DNA of 64,000 bases from contig CAZYHV010000006.1 in NCBI GenBank assembly GCA_964647485.1, positions 6,808 to 70,807 on the forward strand. The letters run 5' to 3'. Shown here piece by piece: positions 36,520 through 46,717 of the stretch. Both the position numbers and the translations under genes were made by a program. Each line of letters begins with the position of its first letter. Position 1 is the first letter of the stretch. The notes beneath the pieces were generated by a model. It made no database searches. It was given only the letters and a program-made list of their open reading frames with translations, and had not been told where the DNA came from. The DNA is from an uncultured Chitinophagaceae bacterium (lineage in GTDB: Bacteria > Bacteroidota > Bacteroidia > Chitinophagales > Chitinophagaceae).

Positions 36520-38241
36520 ATGAAAAGATGTAGACTAATTAAACAGGTATTATTTGTATTGCTCTTAAGTACATTTGGTTTTTTAGGGTGTAAAAAATTA
36601 GATGTTTATTCTGTAAATGCTCCTGCAGATATACAGAGCAGAATTGATTCAATAGCAGCTGAGAATGGAAATGTTGAAGCAGGAGATACGACTTATTTAG
36701 AAATTACCACTCCGACTGTTGGTGCTGAGGATAACAGTTCAGAATGGTGGACGGCTTTTTCGGATATCTTTCACATTCCTACCGGTCAACGATTAGTATT
36801 AGAATTTATAAACCATTCTTCCGGTGATGATAATTGGAATAATTGGAATCTGGTGGTTACCAACAATGTAGATTCAAGGGAGAGTGATGATTATAAAGAA
36901 TACTTTGTTCTTCGTTCTGATGCTTATGGATGGGAAGGAGACATGGGGGATGAAGGATATCCTTTTGATGCTGATATGATATCTAATAATTATCAAGACA
37001 TTGATGGAGATGGAGATGTTTGGAATGATTTCCGGGAAACAATGCAAGGTGCTTATGTTACTATGGAAGTTGACCATTCTACCACAGGTTACGTTTTTGT
37101 GACTGCAACTGCGGTTGGAAAAGACAGTGTTGTTTTAATTGAGAAATACAAACAGCCGGTATCTACAACGGATGATATCTCTGCATTCTTATCTTGTGAT
37201 CATAGTCATTTCGATATGAAGAAAGCCTATTTATTGCCATCAAAGGTGACGGCTTTGGAAGACCAAGACCCCGTTTCTCTCACAATAAAGGATGCTCCTG
37301 CTTCAATCGAATTAGGAAATGAGGACTTTTGGGGAAATGCAAGTGCTGTTGTAACCTTCGCAGACGGATCTTCTACTGAAGTGGATACGGCAGATTTAAC
37401 ATTTGATGTTATTCCGGATTTAACTACTACAGGCGAGAAAAATGTCATTGTTTCTTATAATAAGACAAAACAAGGAAACTACACTCAGGCTGTTATTGGG
37501 AGTTACAAAATTGAGGTTACAAATGTTATTGAAAGTATTTCTGCTTCAGATATAGATTATTATTATTTCAATAATAATGACATTCATTTTCAACCCGTGG
37601 GAGTTGTTGTTACTGCAAAATATGCAGATGGCACAACTGCAACTCTTGATACCAGCGATATAGAATTTAATTATCCTGCATTAGTATCTCCTTTAGATGG
37701 AACACAAAAAGTAGAGGTTACTTATAAGGGAACGTCAGACACGTTAACAACAACCAGCACAGTTACTTTTATAAAAGGAATAGCTCAAGTCGGACTCAAT
37801 GATTTTTCCACGGCTTGGTGGACCGCTTTTTCGGATGAATATACCGTTCCCTCCGGAGAGAGTAAAACGATTTCACTTTACTGTTATTCAAGTAATGAAC
37901 AGAATTGGTATAGCCCAAGTGTTGTTTTGACTGAAACGAACGATCTTGATGATAATAAAGCAGTTGTTCGTATGGATAATTTTGGATTTGGGAGTGGTTA
38001 TGATAACATTGCGACGGCTACATCAGATTGGGACTTTGATACATTCGCTAGTAATATAAGCGGCTCTAAAATAGATATAACGGTTAAGAATAATGGAGAT
38101 AATACAGCGGAAGTGTATTATGATGTCACTTATGCCAACGGAGAAAAATATTTTCAGAAATACGAGGGTATAGCTATTCAGAGTGCCGACTTAAACTTCG
38201 CTTTAGTTACAGAAGGATCTTACCTTATAATCGTAAATTAA
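36520..38241 (+). CDS. Surface lipoprotein of unknown family, architecture X - Ig-like - Ig-like - X; possible glycan-binding protein
   Basis: 573 aa. Lipobox FLGC. N- and C-terminal ~150-aa modules are homologous to each other (SSEWWTAFSDIFHIPTGQ...NWNNWNLVVT...LRSDAYGW against STAWWTAFSDEYTVPSGE...NWYSPSVVLT...VRMDNFGF). Two Big_3-like repeats lie between them (VTFADGSSTEVDTADLTF...GEKNVIVSY; AKYADGTTATLDTSDIEF...GTQKVEVTY). Confidence 0.6.
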   Translation: MKRCRLIKQVLFVLLLSTFGFLGCKKLDVYSVNAPADIQSRIDSIAAENGNVEAGDTTYLEITTPTVGAEDNSSEWWTAFSDIFHIPTGQRLVLEFINHSSGDDNWNNWNLVVTNNVDSRESDDYKEYFVLRSDAYGWEGDMGDEGYPFDADMISNNYQDIDGDGDVWNDFRETMQGAYVTMEVDHSTTGYVFVTATAVGKDSVVLIEKYKQPVSTTDDISAFLSCDHSHFDMKKAYLLPSKVTALEDQDPVSLTIKDAPASIELGNEDFWGNASAVVTFADGSSTEVDTADLTFDVIPDLTTTGEKNVIVSYNKTKQGNYTQAVIGSYKIEVTNVIESISASDIDYYYFNNNDIHFQPVGVVVTAKYADGTTATLDTSDIEFNYPALVSPLDGTQKVEVTYKGTSDTLTTTSTVTFIKGIAQVGLNDFSTAWWTAFSDEYTVPSGESKTISLYCYSSNEQNWYSPSVVLTETNDLDDNKAVVRMDNFGFGSGYDNIATATSDWDFDTFASNISGSKIDITVKNNGDNTAEVYYDVTYANGEKYFQKYEGIAIQSADLNFALVTEGSYLIIVN

Positions 38242-38257
38242 TTTTAAAAATAGCAAT

Positions 38258-41200
38258 ATGAAATATTTATATATCATCCCAATAATATTATTATTTGGAA
38301 CTGTTTCTATCGCAAAAGGGGCCGGTCATAAATCTTTTGTGACTGTAAATTATGCTGAGAAAATAACCGTCAAAGGAAAAGTTGTCGATGAGAATGGTCA
38401 ACCTATTATTGGTGCAACAATTCAGCAAGCGGGAGCTTCGGTTGGTACTGTTTCTGATGCTGACGGTAAATTTTCCCTTTCTGTACCCTCAGATGCGAAA
38501 TTAATTATATCCTATATGGGATATAAAAAAGTAGAGATTGATGTCAAAAATAAGGAGAATATTGGGACAATAGCCTTAAAACCAGCTTCTAAAGAGTTAG
38601 ATCAGCTTGTGGTTATTGGATATGGAACTCAACGGAAAGTGGATTTAACAGGATCGGTTTCTGTCGTTGATGCTGATGATTTAAAGAAGGTTTCTAGCTC
38701 AAATATCTCTACAATGTTAGAGGGCAAAGTACCGGGGGTTCGGGTAACAACTGATGGACAACCGGGAGCTGATCCGGTAGTCAGAATACATGGCATAGGT
38801 TCCTTTGGGAATACTTCTCCGTTATATGTTGTAGATGGCGTACCGGTGGGGACTACAATTCGGGACTTTTCTCCTAATGATATCGCCTCTATTCAGATTT
38901 TGAAAGATGCCTCTGCAGCTGCTATTTACGGCTCTAGAGCAGCAAATGGTGTAGTAATAATCACGACTAAAGAAGGGAAGAAAAATCAAGCTCTGAAAAT
39001 AGACTATAGTGGTTATGTAGGATTTGATCAAGTTCATAAAGGGATTTATGATGTAATGAATTCAAAACAATATGGACAATATATAAATATGGCTTTTGCA
39101 AATAGTGGAATGGATGTTCCGGATGGATATAATCCTTCTAGTAGCAAATATATAGATCCTAATGTTGTTAATACCGATTGGTTTGATGCAGCTTTTAAAA
39201 CAGGAGTTAGACAAGATCATAATATTAGTTTATCCGGTGGAGGTAAGAACAATACTTATTACGTTGGGTTAGATTATTTTGATCAAAAAGGAACGATGGT
39301 TGGTGCCGGTCCAAATTATAAGCGATATACGGCGCGTATAAAAAATACAATGGATGTGAAGTTTATTAAGCTAAAAACGAACCTTGTTTATAGCCATAGT
39401 AATCAAGATAATATGTCACTTAGTAATGCGAATGAATTCGTTCAAGGGTTATACGGCGCACAATATCCTGTAATGGCATCAGTGCTTATTACACCACCCA
39501 CTATAAAGGCATACGATGAATCAACCTGGGTCCTCGATGATAAAGTATCCGCAGCTGGAGACTATCCCTACGATTCATATGGTTTCGGAACCTATTATGA
39601 TGATGTACATGGAGATTTACGAGTGACCAACTTGTTGCTTACCAATAGTTTGCTAAAAAGGAATTCTAAGGTGTCAAAATTGGTTGCAACCGGAACAGCT
39701 GATGTTGATTTGATTGATATGATTGGTCAAACGAGTAAGAATCATCATTTAAGCTATAAATTGAATTTGTCATATAGTAAAACCTATGTAAAGGACTTTA
39801 CTTTCGTTCCTGCCTTTATTCAAAGTACGACAAATTATCTTGCTAAAGAAAATGAAACCTTATCGGAAGGGTATCGTAATTATACCGATGGTCTAATTGA
39901 AAATACATTAAACTATAGTGGAAAGATAGGATTAAATAATATTGATGCCGTTGTGGGGCAAACCTTTGAGAGAGAATTATTTCACACCTTAACAGGAAGA
40001 GGAGTTAACTTCCCTGAACCGTACTATTTACAGATCGGAAATGCAAAGAATACGTATTCTGGCACTTCTGAAAGTGAGCATGTACTTGCATCTTATATAG
40101 GTCGTTTAAACTACAATTACGATGAAAAGTATCTATTTTCGGCAACAGTACGTAGAGACGGTTCAAGTAGGCTCTCATCTAAGGGGCGTTGGGGATGGTT
40201 TCCTTCAGTGTCAGCAGGCTGGCGTATAGAAAAAGAAAAGTTTTTCCCTATCTCAAATAACACCGTAAATCTCTTTAAAATTCGTGGAAGTTATGGAGTC
40301 TTAGGGAATGAAAATATTGGAGACTATCAATATATGAATGTAATGAGTAGAGGTAATTATACTTATAGTTTTGGAAACAAAAAAGTAACCGGTTCTGCAA
40401 TTTCCGATTATGTAAATACGGGTATAAGATGGGAAAAAAAGAAAACACTTGATCTTGGTTTAGATATTGGAATGCTTAATAGTCAGTTTGAATTTACATT
40501 GGATTGGTATAGAGCCATTTCAGAAGATTTGTTATATAGCGTTGCGGTTCCGACAAATGCCGGTGTAACCAATAGTACGGTAACTATGAATGCTGCCACG
40601 ATGGTGAATTCAGGATTAGAATTATCGGCTGCTTATCACCATAGAAAATCTGAAATAAAATATGATATCAGAGCTAATGTATCAACCTTAAGTAATAAAG
40701 TGACTAAGTTGGGTGTATCCAATGAACCTAGAACGGATGGTAATAGTCGAACTGAGGTTGGTAGAGAGGTTGGTTCATTCTATGGATACGTTTATGAAGG
40801 AATTTTCCAATCCCAAAAACAGATTGATAACAGAGTCAATGAAAAAGGAGATTTTGTTAGCCAACCGGGAGCTCAACCCGGAGATGTTGCCTATGCCGAT
40901 CTGAATAATGATGGAAAAATTACAGACGCAGATCAGAAATTCCTTGGTAGTGGGTTACCTAAAATCAATTTTGGGTTGAGTGGAAACATAAGTTGGAAGG
41001 GCTTTAATCTTTCTATTTCAACATATGGAGCTGCTATGTTTAAGGCAGTAGACTTCGTTGGTGAAACGCTAAGGGGCTCATACGGAATGCTAAACAAGAG
41101 TAAAGATTTGCTGAATGCTTGGACACCTGAAAATAAGAACACGGATGTTCCAAGAGTTGCGTATAAATCAACCGGCTCTATTACGAATGATATGTTTAGT

Positions 41201-41452
41201 CAACGTTTTATTCAGGATGCCTCTTACTTTAAAATTGCAAATATTCAATTAGGATATAATTTCCCTGACAGATGGTTTAATAGCTATATTCATGATGTCC
41301 GTTTGTATGTCTCTGCTCAAAATTTAACAACTTTTACAAAATATAAAGGATACAATGTCGATTTTGCAGGAGGTACTTTTACACCCGGTTTTAATTATGC
41401 TTCCTATCCTACGCCAAGAACGGTAATGTTCGGGATTAATCTATCATTCTAG
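38258..41452 (+). CDS. SusC/RagA-family TonB-dependent outer-membrane transporter
   Basis: 1064 aa. CarboxypepD_reg-like N-terminus (ITVKGKVVDENGQPIIGATI), TonB box/plug (LDQLVVIGYGTQRK) and the SusC-type C-terminal barrel ending ...MFGINLSF. Confidence 0.95.
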   Translation: MKYLYIIPIILLFGTVSIAKGAGHKSFVTVNYAEKITVKGKVVDENGQPIIGATIQQAGASVGTVSDADGKFSLSVPSDAKLIISYMGYKKVEIDVKNKENIGTIALKPASKELDQLVVIGYGTQRKVDLTGSVSVVDADDLKKVSSSNISTMLEGKVPGVRVTTDGQPGADPVVRIHGIGSFGNTSPLYVVDGVPVGTTIRDFSPNDIASIQILKDASAAAIYGSRAANGVVIITTKEGKKNQALKIDYSGYVGFDQVHKGIYDVMNSKQYGQYINMAFANSGMDVPDGYNPSSSKYIDPNVVNTDWFDAAFKTGVRQDHNISLSGGGKNNTYYVGLDYFDQKGTMVGAGPNYKRYTARIKNTMDVKFIKLKTNLVYSHSNQDNMSLSNANEFVQGLYGAQYPVMASVLITPPTIKAYDESTWVLDDKVSAAGDYPYDSYGFGTYYDDVHGDLRVTNLLLTNSLLKRNSKVSKLVATGTADVDLIDMIGQTSKNHHLSYKLNLSYSKTYVKDFTFVPAFIQSTTNYLAKENETLSEGYRNYTDGLIENTLNYSGKIGLNNIDAVVGQTFERELFHTLTGRGVNFPEPYYLQIGNAKNTYSGTSESEHVLASYIGRLNYNYDEKYLFSATVRRDGSSRLSSKGRWGWFPSVSAGWRIEKEKFFPISNNTVNLFKIRGSYGVLGNENIGDYQYMNVMSRGNYTYSFGNKKVTGSAISDYVNTGIRWEKKKTLDLGLDIGMLNSQFEFTLDWYRAISEDLLYSVAVPTNAGVTNSTVTMNAATMVNSGLELSAAYHHRKSEIKYDIRANVSTLSNKVTKLGVSNEPRTDGNSRTEVGREVGSFYGYVYEGIFQSQKQIDNRVNEKGDFVSQPGAQPGDVAYADLNNDGKITDADQKFLGSGLPKINFGLSGNISWKGFNLSISTYGAAMFKAVDFVGETLRGSYGMLNKSKDLLNAWTPENKNTDVPRVAYKSTGSITNDMFSQRFIQDASYFKIANIQLGYNFPDRWFNSYIHDVRLYVSAQNLTTFTKYKGYNVDFAGGTFTPGFNYASYPTPRTVMFGINLSF

Positions 41453-41468
41453 AATAAAAAAAGGAATT

Positions 41469-43223
41469 ATGAGAAAAAATAATATAGTATTAGTTATGTT
41501 GATTTTTATTGTGGGCTTTGTTTCCTGTAATGATCAACTTGAAGTGAAGAATCCTAATAACCAAACTACCTATGATTTTGGGAATAACGAGGAAGACCTA
41601 CAAGAGGCAATCATTGCCTGTTATAACAGAATACGTTTGGAAGGGAGTTTTGCAAGGGTTGGATATACAATGGATGCGGTTCGGGGAGATGAAGTGTGGA
41701 ACTCCTCCCAACAATGGTATTTAGAGTATGACAATCTGAACTCCCCCGGAACCATAGAGATTGGTGATGAATGGATTTGGAGAGATTGGTATCATGTTGT
41801 AAATCGAACCAATTTTGTACTATCAAAGGTAGACGATGCTAATTTATCTAAAGAGACCTATAATGAAATAGCGGGGCAAGCACTTTTTTTAAGAGGATTG
41901 GCCTATTATGAATTATCAACCTATTATCAAACTGTTCCTTTGATTACTGATTATTCAGATTATGCCGATATTAATAAAATGTATGCATCAAACAGTACCC
42001 AAGATGAAGTATTTGACCAAATTGACACTGACCTGAGGAAAGCAATGGAGATGCTCCCTTCCCGGGATGAAGGAGGAGAATGGGCCTTAGGTCGGGCCAC
42101 CAGTGGCTCAGCTGCCGGTTATTTAGCGCGTGCATTAATGTTTAGGCATAGATTTGATACTGCTTATGATGTTTTAAAAGATATTATTGCAGGGAAATAT
42201 GGACATTATAAATTAATGGATGATTATGGCGATAATTTTAGATCCGGTTCGGAGTATGAAAATAATGCTGAGAGCCTCTTTGAAGCGCAGTTTATGGATT
42301 TCGGAACGGGAGGGACTGTAGAAGAATGGACCCCTGTTAATATTAGCTCCGAAGCGACACAAGGACATGCCGTTGAAAGCAATTATGCTTCCCAAAAGTT
42401 TGGAAGTTGGGGTGACTTAGCCGGTTCTCCTTGGTTATATAATTTATATAAAGATGAAAAATGTACTGATGGACGATTAGATCCCCGGCTATACTGGACG
42501 TTAGTAACTTATGAGCCCGAGTATGATCAATATACAGGTAAAAAGACGGCTGCTTATCCTGGTGGTGATCCTCGAAGTAATGTTGTTTACCAACAAAAAA
42601 TAACCGAAACACCGGTATCTAACACTGCTCAAGGAGGGATCTCAATAGCAAAATTTACGAATGCAAGGACAAATAAGTATAGTTCAATAACGACAGGGCT
42701 ACATTGTGGTATCAATTTAAGACTAATGAGATATAGTGATGTCCTCTTGCGTGCAGCTGAGTGTGAAAATGAAATAAATGGACCTACGCAAAAAGCAATA
42801 GACTTTATAAATGAAGTACGTAATCGTGTGGCTTTACCGGATTTAAAGCTTTCAGATTTCCCTACAGCGGATGCTCTTTTTGAACAAATAGCTAATGTAG
42901 AAAGACCCAAAGAGTTTGGATGTGAAAATGGCCGTGGAATTAATTTAATTCGTTGGGGATTTTTCTACAGTCAGGATCGGTTACAGCAGCTAATTAAACA
43001 TGGATATTACAAACTAGATGGGAAGGCAACAACAGAAGAACTTACAGCTGAAACAGCAACAGCCTCTTCTTTCCAATACTTCCACGAAGGGCATGAGTAC
43101 TTCCCTATATTCCAAGGAACATTAAATGCGAATCCGAACCTGGAAGGTAATTCTGCAAATAAAAATGAAGATAACGGTCCTGCTTTTAGAGCAAAATGGG
43201 ATATACGACCTGTGGTACATTAA
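41469..43223 (+). CDS. SusD/RagB-family nutrient-binding lipoprotein
   Basis: 584 aa. Lipobox FVSC. TPR-like helical N-terminal half (FLRGLAYYELSTYY) and C-terminal ERPKEFGCENGRGINLIRWG. Immediately follows SusC. Confidence 0.9.
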   Translation: MRKNNIVLVMLIFIVGFVSCNDQLEVKNPNNQTTYDFGNNEEDLQEAIIACYNRIRLEGSFARVGYTMDAVRGDEVWNSSQQWYLEYDNLNSPGTIEIGDEWIWRDWYHVVNRTNFVLSKVDDANLSKETYNEIAGQALFLRGLAYYELSTYYQTVPLITDYSDYADINKMYASNSTQDEVFDQIDTDLRKAMEMLPSRDEGGEWALGRATSGSAAGYLARALMFRHRFDTAYDVLKDIIAGKYGHYKLMDDYGDNFRSGSEYENNAESLFEAQFMDFGTGGTVEEWTPVNISSEATQGHAVESNYASQKFGSWGDLAGSPWLYNLYKDEKCTDGRLDPRLYWTLVTYEPEYDQYTGKKTAAYPGGDPRSNVVYQQKITETPVSNTAQGGISIAKFTNARTNKYSSITTGLHCGINLRLMRYSDVLLRAAECENEINGPTQKAIDFINEVRNRVALPDLKLSDFPTADALFEQIANVERPKEFGCENGRGINLIRWGFFYSQDRLQQLIKHGYYKLDGKATTEELTAETATASSFQYFHEGHEYFPIFQGTLNANPNLEGNSANKNEDNGPAFRAKWDIRPVVH

Positions 43224-43303
43224 AACTGATTTTTAAATATTTTTATCTCTTTACTGATGATAAGGGTTATAGGTTAAGGAGATATTTTAATAAATAAAAG
43301 AAT

Positions 43304-44995
43304 ATGAAACTTAAGCAGACACTAATTTTATTGATAAGCACTTTATTAATTGTGGCATCGGGGTGTAAAGATGACCTGGGACCTATAGGGATTACTGTTA
43401 AAGGAGATGAACAAAGCAGCGGTGATGATGGAAGTGATTCGACTTTTAAGATACCGACCTATGCTGATGATTATTCATCTATCTCATCATGGGCGAATAG
43501 AAATGAATGGAATTTAGCAAACGTGCACGATCCGTCAGTAGCTTATTATAATGGGTATTACTATATGTATGGAACCGATGCTTCTTATGGGAATGCTGCT
43601 GAGGGACATGGTCATTTTCAAGGGAAACGGTCTAAAGATTTAGTACATTGGGAATGGGTTGGAGGGCCCTTTTATTCTCCCCCCTCATGGGTAGCAGATT
43701 CCCTTAACAGTATACGTAATAGAATGGGATTAGATTCCATCCCCAGAGACGAAATATCTTATGGCTATTGGGCGCCGGTTGTTCGTAGAGTGAATGTAGA
43801 TGGGAAAGAGATTTTAAGAATGTATTACTGTATTGTTATTAACAATTATATTAAATCCGGAAAGGAAAATACTCCGGAAAATTTTGATGGAAGCTGGACA
43901 GAACGCGCCTTTATAGGAATGTGCGAATCTACAGATCCGACAGGAGCTGTATGGGAAGATAAAGGATACGTAGTATGCTCTTCTTCTGATAAAGGACTCG
44001 ATTATAATCGCCCCGCTTTAAGTGATTGGGATGCCTATTTCTTTTATAATGCAATAGATCCCACATATATTGTCACTCCAGAAAATAAGCATTACCTGAT
44101 TTATGGATCATGGCATAGTGGCTTTGCATTATTACAATTGAATCCTGAAACAGGTAAACCTTTAAATAAACTGGGTAACCCCTATGCGAATAGCGCCTCC
44201 GAGCTTGAAGAAAGATATGGTAAATTTATAGGAACCAGAACGGCAGGATCTCGATGGCAGGCAAGTGAAGCTCCTGAAGTAATATATCATAATGGATATT
44301 ATTATTTGTTTATGGCTTATGATGCACTTGATGTTCCCTATAATACAAGAGTGGTGAGAAGTAAAAACATTGATGGTCCCTATTTTGGAATGAATGGACG
44401 CAATTTTACAGCAGGAGAAGGGGATACCTATCCAATTGTTACTCATCCCTATAAATTTGATAATAGCCCCGGTTGGGTAGGAATTTCTCATTGTGCAATA
44501 TTTAAAAAAGAAGATACCCATCAATGGTTTTATATGTCACAAGGCCGTCTACCGGCAAATGTTAATGGGAATGCTAATTCTAATGCATTAATGATGGGAC
44601 ATGTACGTAAAATTGTATGGTGCCCGGCTTCTATTAATGAACCTAATAATTTATGGCCCATTGCCCTTCCGGAGCGTTATGCTGATGTGCCTGATTACGG
44701 AACGATTACAAAAGATTCCCTCGTTGGCACTTGGGAACATATAAAATTGGTATACCGAAAAGGACAACAAATAACTTCAGACAAATTAACTTTAAATGAA
44801 GATGGAACGATGTCAGGAGCTTTGACAGGAAATTGGAGTTATGATAAATCTAAAAAACAGTTGACACTTGGTAACGTGATTGTATGTGTTGAGAGAGAGC
44901 TCGATTGGGAGGCTTCACCACGGAAAGTAACCCTCGTTTATGCCGGCACCGATAAATCGCTGAATGGTACTTTTTGGGGGAAGAAAGTGGACTAA
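43304..44995 (+). CDS. GH43-family glycoside hydrolase (arabinanase/arabinofuranosidase-like) with C-terminal accessory domain, lipoprotein
   Basis: 563 aa. Lipobox ASGC. NVHDPSVAYYNGYYYMYGTD, WAPVV and SEAPEVIYHNGYYYLF are the three GH43 catalytic-residue contexts. The last ~110 aa form an extra beta-rich domain. Confidence 0.8.
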   Translation: MKLKQTLILLISTLLIVASGCKDDLGPIGITVKGDEQSSGDDGSDSTFKIPTYADDYSSISSWANRNEWNLANVHDPSVAYYNGYYYMYGTDASYGNAAEGHGHFQGKRSKDLVHWEWVGGPFYSPPSWVADSLNSIRNRMGLDSIPRDEISYGYWAPVVRRVNVDGKEILRMYYCIVINNYIKSGKENTPENFDGSWTERAFIGMCESTDPTGAVWEDKGYVVCSSSDKGLDYNRPALSDWDAYFFYNAIDPTYIVTPENKHYLIYGSWHSGFALLQLNPETGKPLNKLGNPYANSASELEERYGKFIGTRTAGSRWQASEAPEVIYHNGYYYLFMAYDALDVPYNTRVVRSKNIDGPYFGMNGRNFTAGEGDTYPIVTHPYKFDNSPGWVGISHCAIFKKEDTHQWFYMSQGRLPANVNGNANSNALMMGHVRKIVWCPASINEPNNLWPIALPERYADVPDYGTITKDSLVGTWEHIKLVYRKGQQITSDKLTLNEDGTMSGALTGNWSYDKSKKQLTLGNVIVCVERELDWEASPRKVTLVYAGTDKSLNGTFWGKKVD

Positions 44996-45098
44996 TTGAT
45001 GGCTGTTATATTTTTAGATTTGAGTTCCGTTTAAACAATAAATGTGTACTCTAATATGATGAAATAAGTATTAAAAATAATTTATTAAATAAAAACAG

Positions 45099-46682
45099 AT
45101 GAAAAAAAATATAGCTTTAATTATTGGATTTGTCGTTTTCTGCGTCTTCTCTGTAGAAGCTCAAAATGCAGTAATTCGTATTAATATTCACGATACTGTC
45201 GGACAAATCAACGAGAACATCTTCGGTAACTTTGCCGAGCACCTTGGACGTTGTATCTATGGCGGAATTTATGAAGAAGGATCGCCATTATCAGATTCCG
45301 ATGGCTTCAGAAAAGATGTAAAACAGGCAGTGAAAGACTTGCATGTTCCCTTATTACGTTATCCGGGAGGTAATTTTGTCTCTAATTATCATTGGGAAGA
45401 TGGGATAGGTCCCAAGGATCAACGACCGACCAGATTGAATCTTGCCTGGGGAAATATTGATAATAACCACATGGGTACGGATGAGTTTATGAAATATTGT
45501 AAAGAAATAGGTGCAAGACCTTATCTGGCAGTAAATATGGGTACCGGTACGATGCGGGAAGCGCAGGCCTGGGTGGAATATTGTAATGTCGATAGTGGCC
45601 CCTATTATGCAGAATTAAGAAAGAAATATGGACAGGAAGAACCATACAATGTAAAGTATTGGAGTTTAGGAAACGAAGTGGATGGTCCCTGGCAGATGGG
45701 ACACATGAATGCCGAAGATTACAGTAAAAAAGCTAAAGAGTTTGGAAAGATAATGAAGCTGACAGATCCATCGATTAAATTGATTGCAGTGGGGGCAGCT
45801 AATTTTAATCCCGGAGCTACACCCTATAAATGGGATCGTACGATATTGGAAAATCTGAAAGATGAAATAGACTATATCTCTATGCACATGTATGTGGGGA
45901 ATGTAAGCGACAATTATTATGATTTCGTTTCCTCTCCATTAATTATGGAGAAAAGAACCAAGATTATAAAACAGATGATTAATGAAGTGATGCTTACAGC
46001 AGATAGAGGGAATAGAGATCCTATTTATATTGCTTGGGATGAATATAATGTGTGGTATCGTGCAAGGAGTGGCGGAAAAATGGTAGGAAATCATGCTTTA
46101 GAGGAGCGTTATAATCTGGAAGATGCTTTAGTGATTGCCGAATTTCTGAACGGATTCATCCGAAATGCAGATGTAGTGAAAATGGCAAACCTTGCACAAC
46201 TGGTCAATGTGATTGCGCCTATTTTTACGAACGAAAAGGGACTATTTAAACAAACTATTTATTATCCGTTGCAACTCTTTACTAAAAACGTGAAAGGAAC
46301 CTCCTTAAACGCTTTTGTTCATTGTAAAACGTATAACACCGATAATTATAATTTAGGACTTAGCGAAAGGAAAGCACAATTGAATGACGTTCCTTATTTA
46401 GACGTATCCGCCAGCTATGATAATGGGGAAGTCGTTATCAATGTGGTAAATCGCAATAAAGATAAAGCGATTACAACGGATATTCTTTCAGAGGTAGGTC
46501 AATTTGCCGGTTCATTTGAAGTGAAAGAAATTAATGGTTCCGGGATAAAAGTTGAAAATGATTTTGGTAAGACCAATGTCGAAACAAAATCCAAGCCGGG
46601 TTTTAAGGCTTCAGGAAATAAAATAACCTACTCTTTTCCCCCTCATTCGATTACCATGCTGAAGGGACATATTGAAGAGTAA
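45099..46682 (+). CDS. GH51 alpha-L-arabinofuranosidase
   Basis: 527 aa. LLRYPGGNFVSNYHWEDGIGP, WSLGNEVDGPWQMGH (acid/base Glu) and IAWDEYNVW (nucleophile Glu). Confidence 0.9.
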   Translation: MKKNIALIIGFVVFCVFSVEAQNAVIRINIHDTVGQINENIFGNFAEHLGRCIYGGIYEEGSPLSDSDGFRKDVKQAVKDLHVPLLRYPGGNFVSNYHWEDGIGPKDQRPTRLNLAWGNIDNNHMGTDEFMKYCKEIGARPYLAVNMGTGTMREAQAWVEYCNVDSGPYYAELRKKYGQEEPYNVKYWSLGNEVDGPWQMGHMNAEDYSKKAKEFGKIMKLTDPSIKLIAVGAANFNPGATPYKWDRTILENLKDEIDYISMHMYVGNVSDNYYDFVSSPLIMEKRTKIIKQMINEVMLTADRGNRDPIYIAWDEYNVWYRARSGGKMVGNHALEERYNLEDALVIAEFLNGFIRNADVVKMANLAQLVNVIAPIFTNEKGLFKQTIYYPLQLFTKNVKGTSLNAFVHCKTYNTDNYNLGLSERKAQLNDVPYLDVSASYDNGEVVINVVNRNKDKAITTDILSEVGQFAGSFEVKEINGSGIKVENDFGKTNVETKSKPGFKASGNKITYSFPPHSITMLKGHIEE

Positions 46683-46717
46683 GGTTAGACGTTTTATTGA
46701 TTAAGAATAAAAAAGAA

